A DNA stretch of 30,710 nt from the IMG/VR virus record IMGVR_UViG_3300017754_001551, positions 1 to 30,710 of that record; one strand, 5' to 3'. The first letter of the stretch is position 1; each line of letters begins with the position of its first letter. The position numbers and the translations under genes are program-made. This DNA is from a virus. Lineage: Duplodnaviria > Caudoviricetes. Below, piece after piece: positions 17,811 through 24,705 of the stretch. The notes under the pieces were generated by a model that was not told where the DNA came from, made no database searches, and was given only the letters and a program-made list of their open reading frames with translations.

Positions 17811-17991
17811 CCTCGAGCGCCACTGGCGCCGTTTCCGTGGCTTCTACGGCCTCCATCGCGCCGAATGTATCAACCAGCGCGCGTACCAGCTTGGCAAACT
17901 CAGGATCTGTCCGCAGCAGCGTTGCGACTGCGGGCAGCCTCTTGATGCTTTCCCAGGTCTGGCGATCAGCGGACTGATTTGTGCGTTGCAT
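17779..17991 (-). CDS. Hypothetical protein, last gene of the leftward arm
   Basis: 70-aa ORF overlapping the upstream - strand gene; no strong RBS. Confidence 0.5.
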   Translation of the reverse strand: MQRTNQSADRQTWESIKRLPAVATLLRTDPEFAKLVRALVDTFGAMEAVEATETAPVALEVTMPGKGCPR

Positions 17992-18355
17992 AGTTTTGAA
18001 CCAGCCAAACGGTTTGCGAGTGCAGGCCTAACCGTCTCGCAATGCCGGCCTGCGTCAATTCTCGATACTGCAAAAGCAACTCGCATTTTTCATCATCGAG
18101 CGTGCGCAGCTGCTCCGCAATGCGTGCATGGCGCATCGGCAGTTTGTAATGGCCAATCCGTGCCCGCCAAATCGTCACAGTTCCGCAGTGGAGCCGTTTG
18201 GCTAACGCAGCATCGCTGTATTCGTCTCGCAGCCGACGTTTGATTGCGTTGCGCTGGTCAACCATTGCTCGGATCGAGCGAACTGTCTCCGCATCGAGCT
18301 TTGTATTGCCCGGCATCCGCTGTTTGCGCCGACTATTTGTTTCGGAGATAATCAT
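17966..18355 (-). CDS. DNA-binding protein with two HTH-like repeats
   Basis: Start moved to ATG 18355 (AGGAGG RBS); YSDAALAKRLHCGTVTIWRA and LTQAGIARRLGLHSQTVWLV. Confidence 0.7.
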   Translation of the reverse strand: MIISETNSRRKQRMPGNTKLDAETVRSIRAMVDQRNAIKRRLRDEYSDAALAKRLHCGTVTIWRARIGHYKLPMRHARIAEQLRTLDDEKCELLLQYRELTQAGIARRLGLHSQTVWLVQNYATHKSVR

Positions 18356-18379
18356 CAGCGTTCCTCCTGTCCTCTCCCT

Positions 18380-18406
18380 TGCCCGGGCCGTCCCGGGCAT
18401 TTTTTT
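18380..18406 (+). terminator. Intrinsic terminator oriented for + strand transcripts
   Basis: tgcccggg-ccgt-cccgggca perfect 8-bp stem, then TTTTTTT; no U-run on the - strand side. Confidence 0.8.
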
Positions 18407-19076
18407 ATCTGATTCTAGGCAACGGATCGCGACGCTTCGCGAACCATTCCTCGTCTGATTCTCGCTCCCCGCCCAACGGGGTCCATTTGAGTGGCGAGGT
18501 GCTGGGGGCGTCGCGGATGATCGCCTTGGCCACTCTGGCCGACCACTGCGCCCACGTCTCCCCGTCCAGCTTCGGATAGCGGTCGCGCATGAACTGTGGG
18601 CGCCACTTCATCACCGCCATATCAGTCGAGCGCTTCGTTGCCTCCTTCCACTCCTCGATGTGACACGCTCTGCATTGTGGTCGCCCGAAGCCGTCAACGC
18701 CGAAAAACTCGCCGCCGCACTTGCATTTCATCGCCGCAGACGACTCCTGCCGCTTGAGGTCGCCAGATCCCTCGCGCACCTCTGCCTCGAAACGGAACTG
18801 GTTGAGATATGTGCTGACCATTGGCAGCGGCGCCACGAATTTATTTGGCACCCGTCGCGCGTTACGCCTGTTGTTAGCGTGCAGAGCATACCCGTGACGA
18901 ACAGTTGACGAGAACCGGGCCTCGTCCTCCGGGATGCCTTCCTCTCGGCACCACTTCTTGCACGCCTTTTGCCAGGCCTCGAAAGCCTTGCGCTTCGAGC
19001 CCTTCGCCGTGACGTCCATGCGCTCGTCCTGACCGTACACGCTCCAGAATGCGTCGAAAGCGTCGCTATAGACCAT
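18405..19076 (-). CDS. Protein resembling the C-terminal domain of phage replication initiators, plus a Cys cluster
   Basis: Start at ATG 19076 (AGGGGG RBS). FDAFWSVY...KGSKRKAFEAW...PMVSTYLNQFRFE resembles the F.xFW..YP.K..K..A...W / P.TWLN..RW motif; also CKCG...CRAC. Confidence 0.6.
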   Translation of the reverse strand: MVYSDAFDAFWSVYGQDERMDVTAKGSKRKAFEAWQKACKKWCREEGIPEDEARFSSTVRHGYALHANNRRNARRVPNKFVAPLPMVSTYLNQFRFEAEVREGSGDLKRQESSAAMKCKCGGEFFGVDGFGRPQCRACHIEEWKEATKRSTDMAVMKWRPQFMRDRYPKLDGETWAQWSARVAKAIIRDAPSTSPLKWTPLGGERESDEEWFAKRRDPLPRIR

Positions 19077-19365
19077 TGATTGCCCCCTGCAGTTTTTTGC
19101 TTGGATATAGTCGGACAACCCGCCGATCAGTTTCCAGCGGTTTTGCGTCCGCCCAACCGTGCAGCCGCATGTGATTCATTATCCTAATCGCTGTTGATTC
19201 TCCGCAGCTGGCGTCGGCTAGGTAATGCTTGACCGAGGCACGCTTGTCGTTGCGAGTCAGCAGCCAGATCAGGCACACCACGGCATTTGGAATCGACGCT
19301 GGCGGGTCGATCAACTCGGCCACTTGGCGCAACTGTGCCCATGCGTTGCAGACGTTGTTGTTCAT
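19066..19365 (-). CDS. MarR-like winged-helix protein
   Basis: Start at ATG 19365 (GGGGGAAGG RBS); ESTAIRIMNHMRLHGW....DRRVVRLY wing motif. Confidence 0.65.
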   Translation of the reverse strand: MNNNVCNAWAQLRQVAELIDPPASIPNAVVCLIWLLTRNDKRASVKHYLADASCGESTAIRIMNHMRLHGWADAKPLETDRRVVRLYPSKKLQGAINGL

Positions 19366-19482
19366 TCCTTCCCCCTTTCGCGGATTGCCGCGGCGCCTTC
19401 TGACAGTCTCCAAGCCGTGCTTCGGAGGGCATCGACAGGGCTGGTGCTGGGCTAGGCGCCCCCACATGTCGTTGATGTTCAT
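19362..19482 (-). pseudogene. Probable chimeric gene remnant (deletion scar)
   Basis: Frame A gives MNINDMWGRLAQHQP, ATGA-coupled to the upstream gene. A shifted frame gives VDALRSTAWRLSEGAAAIRERGKE*, whose TGA is ATGA-coupled to the downstream gene. Confidence 0.55.
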
Positions 19483-19916
19483 TTGCACAACTCCTGCAGT
19501 TTCCTGAAGTTTTCTGGAGTTATTCCTCCATTCCTGAACCAGCCTCTAACCGTGTTATGCGAAACGCCGATGCGGCGCGAAATCGCCCATATCGAAAGCC
19601 CCAGAGACTCAGCCATTGCTCGAACGACGCCAGGCTCTATTGCTACTGCGGGCCGTCCGCAGTCGTCCGAGGTGTCACGCGGTGGCGGCATCCGCGCCGG
19701 CTGCTCACCGTCGAGGTTCCAGCGCACACGCCAAGCGCGGCGATGGAGCCCCTTTGCCTCAAGCCGGGCGGCCAGCGCCATCGCGACGCGGAACGATTTA
19801 GGATCCGGGAAATGCAGCCGATAGCTAGCGTCGCCCGCGACAGGGCCAGCGTGCGGGTCATACGAGGTACGACCCAGCCCAGACCCTGACGCAGACGGTT
19901 TGTGATGCGCTGGCAT
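19479..19916 (-). CDS. Protein with C-terminal XRE/Cro-type HTH
   Basis: LGLSIWAISRRIGVSHNTVRGWFRNG. Confidence 0.65.
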   Translation of the reverse strand: MPAHHKPSASGSGLGRTSYDPHAGPVAGDASYRLHFPDPKSFRVAMALAARLEAKGLHRRAWRVRWNLDGEQPARMPPPRDTSDDCGRPAVAIEPGVVRAMAESLGLSIWAISRRIGVSHNTVRGWFRNGGITPENFRKLQELCK

Positions 19917-19924
19917 GAAGGCAA

Positions 19925-20353
19925 CTAAAACGGCAGGTCGTCGTCGAGCTCGCCCCGGTCGTCATCCGTGCCGGGCTCTCTGTTGCGGCTCGAGCGTTTG
20001 TCCCCATTAGCCGGATAGCGAGGCTCTGACCCTTCGCTGCGCTCCGACTTTCCGCCCAGCAAGTCGAGACTGTGGACCCGCACCTCCGTGATGCTGCGGG
20101 TCTCGCCGTCCTTGACGTACTCCCGAATCTGCAATTCGCCGCTAATGGCGATTTGAGACCCCTTTCTGCAGTACTGGTCGACTATTCCGGCGAGTTTGTC
20201 CCAAAAAACGAGGCGCACCCACGTGGTCTGCTCTTCGCCGCCTTTGATCCGTTTGCCGACCGCCAGGGTCGCGTTGACTACAGGCGTGCCGCCCTGCGTG
20301 TTGCGGGTTTCGGGGTCGCGGCCAAGGCGGCCGATTAGGTGAACGGTGTTCAT
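19925..20353 (-). CDS. ssb: Single-stranded DNA-binding protein
   Basis: AGGAGG RBS before ATG 20353; MNTVHLIGRLGRDPE, KGSQIAISGEL and an acidic tail ending DDDLPF. Confidence 0.95.
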   Translation of the reverse strand: MNTVHLIGRLGRDPETRNTQGGTPVVNATLAVGKRIKGGEEQTTWVRLVFWDKLAGIVDQYCRKGSQIAISGELQIREYVKDGETRSITEVRVHSLDLLGGKSERSEGSEPRYPANGDKRSSRNREPGTDDDRGELDDDLPF

Positions 20354-20532
20354 GTTTCCTCCTGCTGTTTCGGTGCGGACATGGTTTTGAGTGCGAAATC
20401 CCAGCATTTCAGCAGCGTTTCAAACGCTGTGCAGACCTGCAGGACATCGCCCCTCGTTTCGTCGTCCATCAGCGACATTTTGTTTTTGAGGCGCTCGCAC
20501 GCCTCGATGGTTTTGCGGTCGTGGTCGGTCAT
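20350..20532 (-). CDS. Hypothetical small protein
   Basis: 60 aa, GAGG RBS, ATGA-coupled to ssb. Confidence 0.7.
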   Translation of the reverse strand: MTDHDRKTIEACERLKNKMSLMDDETRGDVLQVCTAFETLLKCWDFALKTMSAPKQQEET

Positions 20533-20534
20533 AG

Positions 20535-21074
20535 CTACCTCATGTAACGGTTATAAAGTCGTTCGACGCGCGCAGCGTTGCGCACGGTGATCTGTTGCTT
20601 GCCCAGCTGCAGCCCGCGCCCTTTTTGCCCGAGCTCGCGGGCAATGCGCAGCTTGGTGAAGCCCTCCTCGAGGAGGAGCGCGACGAGGCGCCAGGTCGGT
20701 TTTGCCGATACCAGCGCGCCGTCTTCGCGGCAAGCTGGCGTCACGGCCAGAATCTTTCGCTCGGTGCGGGCGCGGATTCTGGTTTTCTCTCCGCGCGCAA
20801 TCTGCTGTATGACGGAGCACGCAACGTCGCTTGCCGCGCGGACGGCATCCCTGCCCACGCCCTTCTTGCGCAGCGCTAGCAGGTGCTGGCGCGCTTTGGT
20901 GGCGTCGACAATGCCATTCCAGTCGCCGGCTTTTCTGGCGGCACTGCGCTGGCGCTCGTAACCGCTGTTGGCGGTGCGGCACTGGTAGCACCGGCACCCA
21001 GCCATGTACTGCAGGCGCGTCCCGCAGCCGCGACTGAGTTCGCCGTGAGTCTTCAGGCCGTTCAGCGCGGGCAT
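20535..21074 (-). CDS. Zn-finger plus HTH DNA-binding protein
   Basis: Start at ATG 21074 (GAGGA RBS); GT..QY..GCRCYQCR motif, ARQHLLALR.KGVG...V.AAS and RARTERKILAV. Confidence 0.7.
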   Translation of the reverse strand: MPALNGLKTHGELSRGCGTRLQYMAGCRCYQCRTANSGYERQRSAARKAGDWNGIVDATKARQHLLALRKKGVGRDAVRAASDVACSVIQQIARGEKTRIRARTERKILAVTPACREDGALVSAKPTWRLVALLLEEGFTKLRIARELGQKGRGLQLGKQQITVRNAARVERLYNRYMR

Positions 21075-21304
21075 GACGAGTCCTCGACGCGAATAAAGGT
21101 TCCAGCGGGAGACATCGGCAACGGTGCCCAGTGCGAAACCTCGGCCAGCGGCATACCGTCCAAGTCGCGCCATTGTCCGTCGAACGTCGCCACCCACGCC
21201 TCGCCCTTCATCGCCACGAGCACCGGGTCGTCGTCTTCCGGAAGCCCATACGTGACGGGCGTCCAGCGCAACAAGACATTTGCGGGCTCTTCATACCTGA
21301 TCAT
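21062..21304 (-). CDS. DUF551-like phage protein
   Basis: Start at ATG 21304 (GGAGG RBS); WTPVTYGLPEDDDPVLV...VSHWAPLP signature. Confidence 0.8.
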   Translation of the reverse strand: MIRYEEPANVLLRWTPVTYGLPEDDDPVLVAMKGEAWVATFDGQWRDLDGMPLAEVSHWAPLPMSPAGTFIRVEDSSCPR

Positions 21305-21929
21305 GACGCTTCCTCCGCAGCGTGCTCTCGACGTTGTCGACGAGGTCAAGAAACCCGTATACCTCTCGGTCGAGGCGCTCGTACGCCTCCTGCGACATGT
21401 TGTGCCGGACGATGTGCAGGTCCATGCCGCTGTGCGTGAGCCGTGGGTCATAAATGGCCACGTCGCACCAGTCTCGCTCAAGAATCCACATCTGCCACTC
21501 GACCTGCGGCACGTAGTCGCTGATGTCATCGGTTGCCCAGATTCTAGCAATGCGTGCCTGGTCAAACGGGCATTTGATTTCCAGCAGCCCATCCGTGCCA
21601 ATCAATCCATCCGGAGAGGCGCCGGCCTGCATCTTATCGTGCAGCGCGAACCCCATCTGGTCGACCAGTACGCCAGTCCGGGCTTCGTAGGCTGCGCGAG
21701 CTTCGGGCTCAAGTTCTGAGCCCCGAGACATGGCGACGGTCACTGCCTTGTCGATCGCGCTGCCGTTGACTCGCTCGAACGCGAGTTCAATGGCGTAATC
21801 CTGCGCCGCTTTCGCCCACGTCCCGGTTTTCAGTTTTGCCAGCGCATCCGCTGCCCGGCTGGCGGTGGCAACACCGAGCCGAGCACGCAGCCATTCGGCA
21901 GTCCCCTGTTCGCAGTCTATGATTCTCAT
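21291..21929 (-). CDS. YqaJ / lambda-exonuclease family 5'-3' exonuclease
   Basis: QGTAEWLRARLGVATAS, GSELEPEAR, GASPDGL, LEIKCP and YVPQVEWQM. Confidence 0.93.
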   Translation of the reverse strand: MRIIDCEQGTAEWLRARLGVATASRAADALAKLKTGTWAKAAQDYAIELAFERVNGSAIDKAVTVAMSRGSELEPEARAAYEARTGVLVDQMGFALHDKMQAGASPDGLIGTDGLLEIKCPFDQARIARIWATDDISDYVPQVEWQMWILERDWCDVAIYDPRLTHSGMDLHIVRHNMSQEAYERLDREVYGFLDLVDNVESTLRRKRHDQV

Positions 21930-22525
21930 TCGGCCACCTCCTGCGCCGCCTGTGACGCGCTCAGGCGCGTTTTGGCCGAGTCCTTCTCTTCAGCCAGCGC
22001 TTTGCGGGCGTCGGCGCTCAGGTCGCGCCAGATTGCGCCCAGCTCGGACAGGCTCCCGGCGTCGCGCAGTGCCTGGCGGGCGTCGACGTACCGTTCCGGG
22101 TCCGCCTTGCGGCTGGTGACCGGGGTGGGCCTGCCAGCGTGTTGGGCGCTGTTGCCGTCGTCATCCTCCTGCGCAACCGCAGCCATCGCGGCGAGGCTGT
22201 AGCGGCGCAGGTAAGTGGTGGCCGCACCGATGCCCTGCGCATCGACCTTGGCCGGCACGCAAGACGAGCAGCTGCTGACCCAGCCGCCATCCTTGTGGCA
22301 AAAAACGGTCGAGACCGACACCGTTGAGCCGTCGAAGCCGGTCGACTGCATGATCGCGATGCCGTGGCGGGCAAGAACCGGGCGCACGGTGTTCAGGACT
22401 TCTGCGAGGTCGGCATACTTTGACCGGAAGGCCGGGTTAACCGACCCTTTCGTTGCGTTCTCAATCTCCGCCTGAGCCGTGGCCAGAGCGGCCATCAGCT
22501 GCGGGTTCGCGTTTGTCATATCCAT
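21926..22525 (-). CDS. erf: ERF-family single-strand annealing protein
   Basis: NPAFRSKYADLAEV and QGIGAATTYLRRYSLAAM..V..EDDDGN signature. Confidence 0.93.
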   Translation of the reverse strand: MDMTNANPQLMAALATAQAEIENATKGSVNPAFRSKYADLAEVLNTVRPVLARHGIAIMQSTGFDGSTVSVSTVFCHKDGGWVSSCSSCVPAKVDAQGIGAATTYLRRYSLAAMAAVAQEDDDGNSAQHAGRPTPVTSRKADPERYVDARQALRDAGSLSELGAIWRDLSADARKALAEEKDSAKTRLSASQAAQEVAE

Positions 22526-22534
22526 GGTGTTCCC

Positions 22535-22912
22535 CTAAATGTCTGCAGGCTGGTTGGATTCCCAGACCAGTTCTGACCAATTGTCGTCAATGTGGTTATC
22601 AATCTGCTCCTGCGCGTAGCGGTGCGCATGGTTGAGCAGCTGCCGGCCGAGGTTGGCCAGCGCCAGTTCGCGCGGCACCACTGCGGCGCCAGCTTTGGTC
22701 AGGTCGCTGCGGATTGCCTGCTGGAGAGCGGCGACGAACGACGCCAGGTTCTGCTCGTGCTCGGGCCGGCATTCCACCAGGCCGACCAGCATGTGGTAGA
22801 CGCTGTCCTCTTGGTCGAAGTAGTCGGCCAGCGCGTCGGCCTGTTCGCTCGGACGGATGGCGTCCAAGCAGTTTCTGTTCTCGTCGAAACGAATTCCTGC
22901 GATGCAGTGCAT
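22535..22912 (-). CDS. Hypothetical acidic early protein
   Basis: 125 aa with AGGAGG RBS. Confidence 0.75.
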   Translation of the reverse strand: MHCIAGIRFDENRNCLDAIRPSEQADALADYFDQEDSVYHMLVGLVECRPEHEQNLASFVAALQQAIRSDLTKAGAAVVPRELALANLGRQLLNHAHRYAQEQIDNHIDDNWSELVWESNQPADI

Positions 22913-22921
22913 GATGTCCTC

Positions 22922-23104
22922 CTAGTTCAGTTGCGAATAAAGACGCCCGACGTATTCGAGCGCCCACATGTAGGCCGAGAAAGCAGTCCCGGCGAGCAGC
23001 CATATGACGGCTACCGAGACGATGGCCTCGGCAGCTGTCATGGGCCGTTTGCGCACCGCCATCGGGCGGCGCTGGATGTAACGGTTGGGTCCGTAGTCGT
23101 CCAT
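22922..23104 (-). CDS. Small single-TM early protein (first leftward gene)
   Basis: GGAG RBS; hydrophobic segment AIVSVAVIWLLAGTAFSAYMWAL. Confidence 0.7.
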   Translation of the reverse strand: MDDYGPNRYIQRRPMAVRKRPMTAAEAIVSVAVIWLLAGTAFSAYMWALEYVGRLYSQLN

Positions 23105-23148
23105 TTGCTCTCCAGTGTATTGAGGCGGGATTGCCTGCTACGGGTTAA

Positions 23149-23196
23149 ATGCTATTCCACCGAAAATGGAATTGCAACAGCCTTGATATTTTTTTT
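23149..23196 (-). promoter_or_regulatory. Leftward sigma70-type promoter with UP-like A tract and palindromic spacer
   Basis: On the - strand: A8 tract, then TTGCAA (23177-23172), 17 nt, TAGCAT (23154-23149). Inverted repeat attcca-N7-tggaat at 23154-23172. Confidence 0.75.
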
Positions 23197-23209
23197 ATTG
23201 CAGTATCTG

Positions 23210-23238
23210 TTGCGGGCTGCTTGGCCAGTTGCTATAAG
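23210..23238 (+). promoter_or_regulatory. Rightward sigma70-type promoter with extended -10
   Basis: TTGCGG (23210-15), 17 nt, TATAAG (23233-38) preceded by TGc; predicted start about 23245. Confidence 0.6.
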
Positions 23239-23244
23239 GGTTCC

Positions 23245-23477
23245 GGGCGATGCGGAACGTCGGTGGTCGCCTAGGGTTTCAACCTCGATACACGAGCAGG
23301 CCAGATCGAGGGCGGTGGGCTGAGTCTAGCGCCGGGTGGTAGTCGGGAAACCGATGCAAGGCTGGACAGCGCGATGCGACGGATCGGCTCCGATGGGCAG
23401 GTTCTCGGGCGCAGGCGAAACTGTAGGGAAACTTACGGTATAGGCTGCGCTCGCTCAGGATCTCACCAATGGGCAGG
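23245..23477 (+). ncRNA. Candidate structured non-coding RNA (~230 nt), family unassigned
   Basis: No credible ORF; at least seven predicted helices, including two GAAA tetraloops and a long-range closing stem (see findings). Confidence 0.65.
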
Positions 23478-23504
23478 GGTTAAGAGAGAACATCTGGGGA
23501 TAAC

Positions 23505-23756
23505 ATGGATACGGTAGAGGATCAGAAAAAACGCCGGCAGCGGCCATTGCACGCCAGCCCTGAGCGGGCCTTGCAATACTGGGTCGACGTTGTCGGTATG
23601 AAGCAAACAGACATCTGCAGGGCAGCAGGCATTCGCCCGCCGAAACTCAACGACATGCTGCACGGTCGCCGCCCATTCGATGACCAGCTGCTTGACTGGT
23701 TAGGGTTTGAACGAGTCGTAATTTACCGACGCAAAAGGAGTCCCCCCGATGCCTAA
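23505..23756 (+). CDS. Cro-like HTH regulator
   Basis: GGGGA RBS; GMKQTDICRAAGIRPPKLNDMLHGRRP...LLDWLGFERVVIYRRK. Confidence 0.75.
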   Translation: MDTVEDQKKRRQRPLHASPERALQYWVDVVGMKQTDICRAAGIRPPKLNDMLHGRRPFDDQLLDWLGFERVVIYRRKRSPPDA

Positions 23757-24012
23757 AAAAAATGGCCCATCCCTGTCTGTTGGCCGAGGCGAGAAACTGC
23801 CCGTGTCGCGCGGTGCGGGCCTGACCGAAAAGGGCCGGGAAAAGTACAACCGGGAGACTGGCAGCAATCTGAAGGCTCCAGCACCAAACCCGAAAACGGC
23901 TGCCGATAAGGCCCGGAAGGATTCGTTCTGCGCCAGAATGGGCGCGGTGGCATCAAAAGCGGAAAATGGCGAACGCGCAAAGGCTGCGCTCAGGAGATGG
24001 AAATGCCCTTGA
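23749..24012 (+). CDS. Small basic phage protein (DUF6321-like)
   Basis: AAGGAG RBS; GLTEKGREKYNRETGSNLKAP and RKDSFCARM...ALRRWKC. Confidence 0.8.
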   Translation: MPKKNGPSLSVGRGEKLPVSRGAGLTEKGREKYNRETGSNLKAPAPNPKTAADKARKDSFCARMGAVASKAENGERAKAALRRWKCP

Positions 24013-24134
24013 AAAAATCTGCGTCTGAAAAGGCGTTCAAGCAGAACATCAAGACCGAAATCAAGTCTGGCAAACCGCCAAAACAGGCCGTGGCCATTGC
24101 CTACTCTGTCAAACGCGAGGCAAAGAAAAAATGA
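24003..24134 (+). CDS. Small Lys-rich protein (43 aa, MPLKKSASEKAFKQNIKTEIKSGKPPKQAVAIAYSVKREAKKK), not in the ORF track
   Basis: AGGAG RBS; the MPLKK...NI..E...GKP.KQAVAIA motif is common in phage micro-proteins; ATGA-coupled to the next gene. Confidence 0.85.
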   Translation: MPLKKSASEKAFKQNIKTEIKSGKPPKQAVAIAYSVKREAKKK

Positions 24135-24298
24135 AGGGAAGCAAACCCGGCCTGTACGCCAACATCAACGCCAAGCGCGAACGCATCGAGGCCGGCAGCG
24201 GCGAGAAAATGCGCAAGCCGGGCAGCCCTGGCGCACCCAGCGCAAAGGCCTTCAAGGAATCGGCAAAAACACCGGCAAAGCCAGCGTCAAAAAAGTGA
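24131..24298 (+). CDS. Small Lys-rich protein (55 aa, MKGSKPGLYANINAKRERIEAGSGEKMRKPGSPGAPSAKAFKESAKT...), not in the ORF track
   Basis: ATGA and GTGA couplings on the two sides; the GLYANI.AKR.RI..GSGEKMRKPG motif is familiar from aquatic podoviruses. Confidence 0.85.
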   Translation: MKGSKPGLYANINAKRERIEAGSGEKMRKPGSPGAPSAKAFKESAKTPAKPASKK

Positions 24299-24705
24299 CG
24301 GAAATCACGCTTGCGCTGCCTTGGCCGCCATCGGCTAACCAGTGCTACCGGCTGATTCGCTCCGGCAAATTGATGGGCCGCGTGCTGATGTCTGCGGAGG
24401 GGCGGGCCTACCGCAAGGCCGTGGACGCCGTCGTTCGGCAGGCTAAAGGCCGGATGTGCTGGGCAACGCGGTTGCGGGTCGAGATTCTTGCATATCCGCC
24501 AGACCGGCGGGCGCGCGACATCGATAACCTGTTCAAGGCGGTCCTAGATGCGCTGCAGGCCAGCGGCGTTTTCCTCAATGACGCGCAAATCGACCAGCTA
24601 GAAATCATGCGTGGGGAACCGGTAAAGGGCGGTTCGATCGTGGCGCGCGTCGAGCAGCTGCACCAGCCCGCTTCGTGGCGCAAGGCTCTGGGGGACGACC
24701 CGTGA
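24295..24705 (+). CDS. rusA: RusA-family Holliday junction resolvase
   Basis: True start GTG 24295; LPWPPSAN, PPDRRARDIDNLFKAVLDAL and NDAQID catalytic motifs. Confidence 0.92.
   Translation: MTEITLALPWPPSANQCYRLIRSGKLMGRVLMSAEGRAYRKAVDAVVRQAKGRMCWATRLRVEILAYPPDRRARDIDNLFKAVLDALQASGVFLNDAQIDQLEIMRGEPVKGGSIVARVEQLHQPASWRKALGDDP

Noticed and set aside
22592-23323. 243-aa + strand ORF running into the intergenic region
   Set aside because: It is antisense to RBS-supported genes, crosses both promoters and has no recognisable motif.
23395-23468. Structured region ending in ...CTCACCA suggested a tRNA
   Set aside because: There is no TTCRA T-loop, D-loop or cloverleaf geometry; the CACC is better explained as part of the long-range helix.
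24097-24294. N-terminal extension of RusA in the ORF track
   Set aside because: The region is occupied by two coupled small genes in other frames; RusA starts at GTG 24295.
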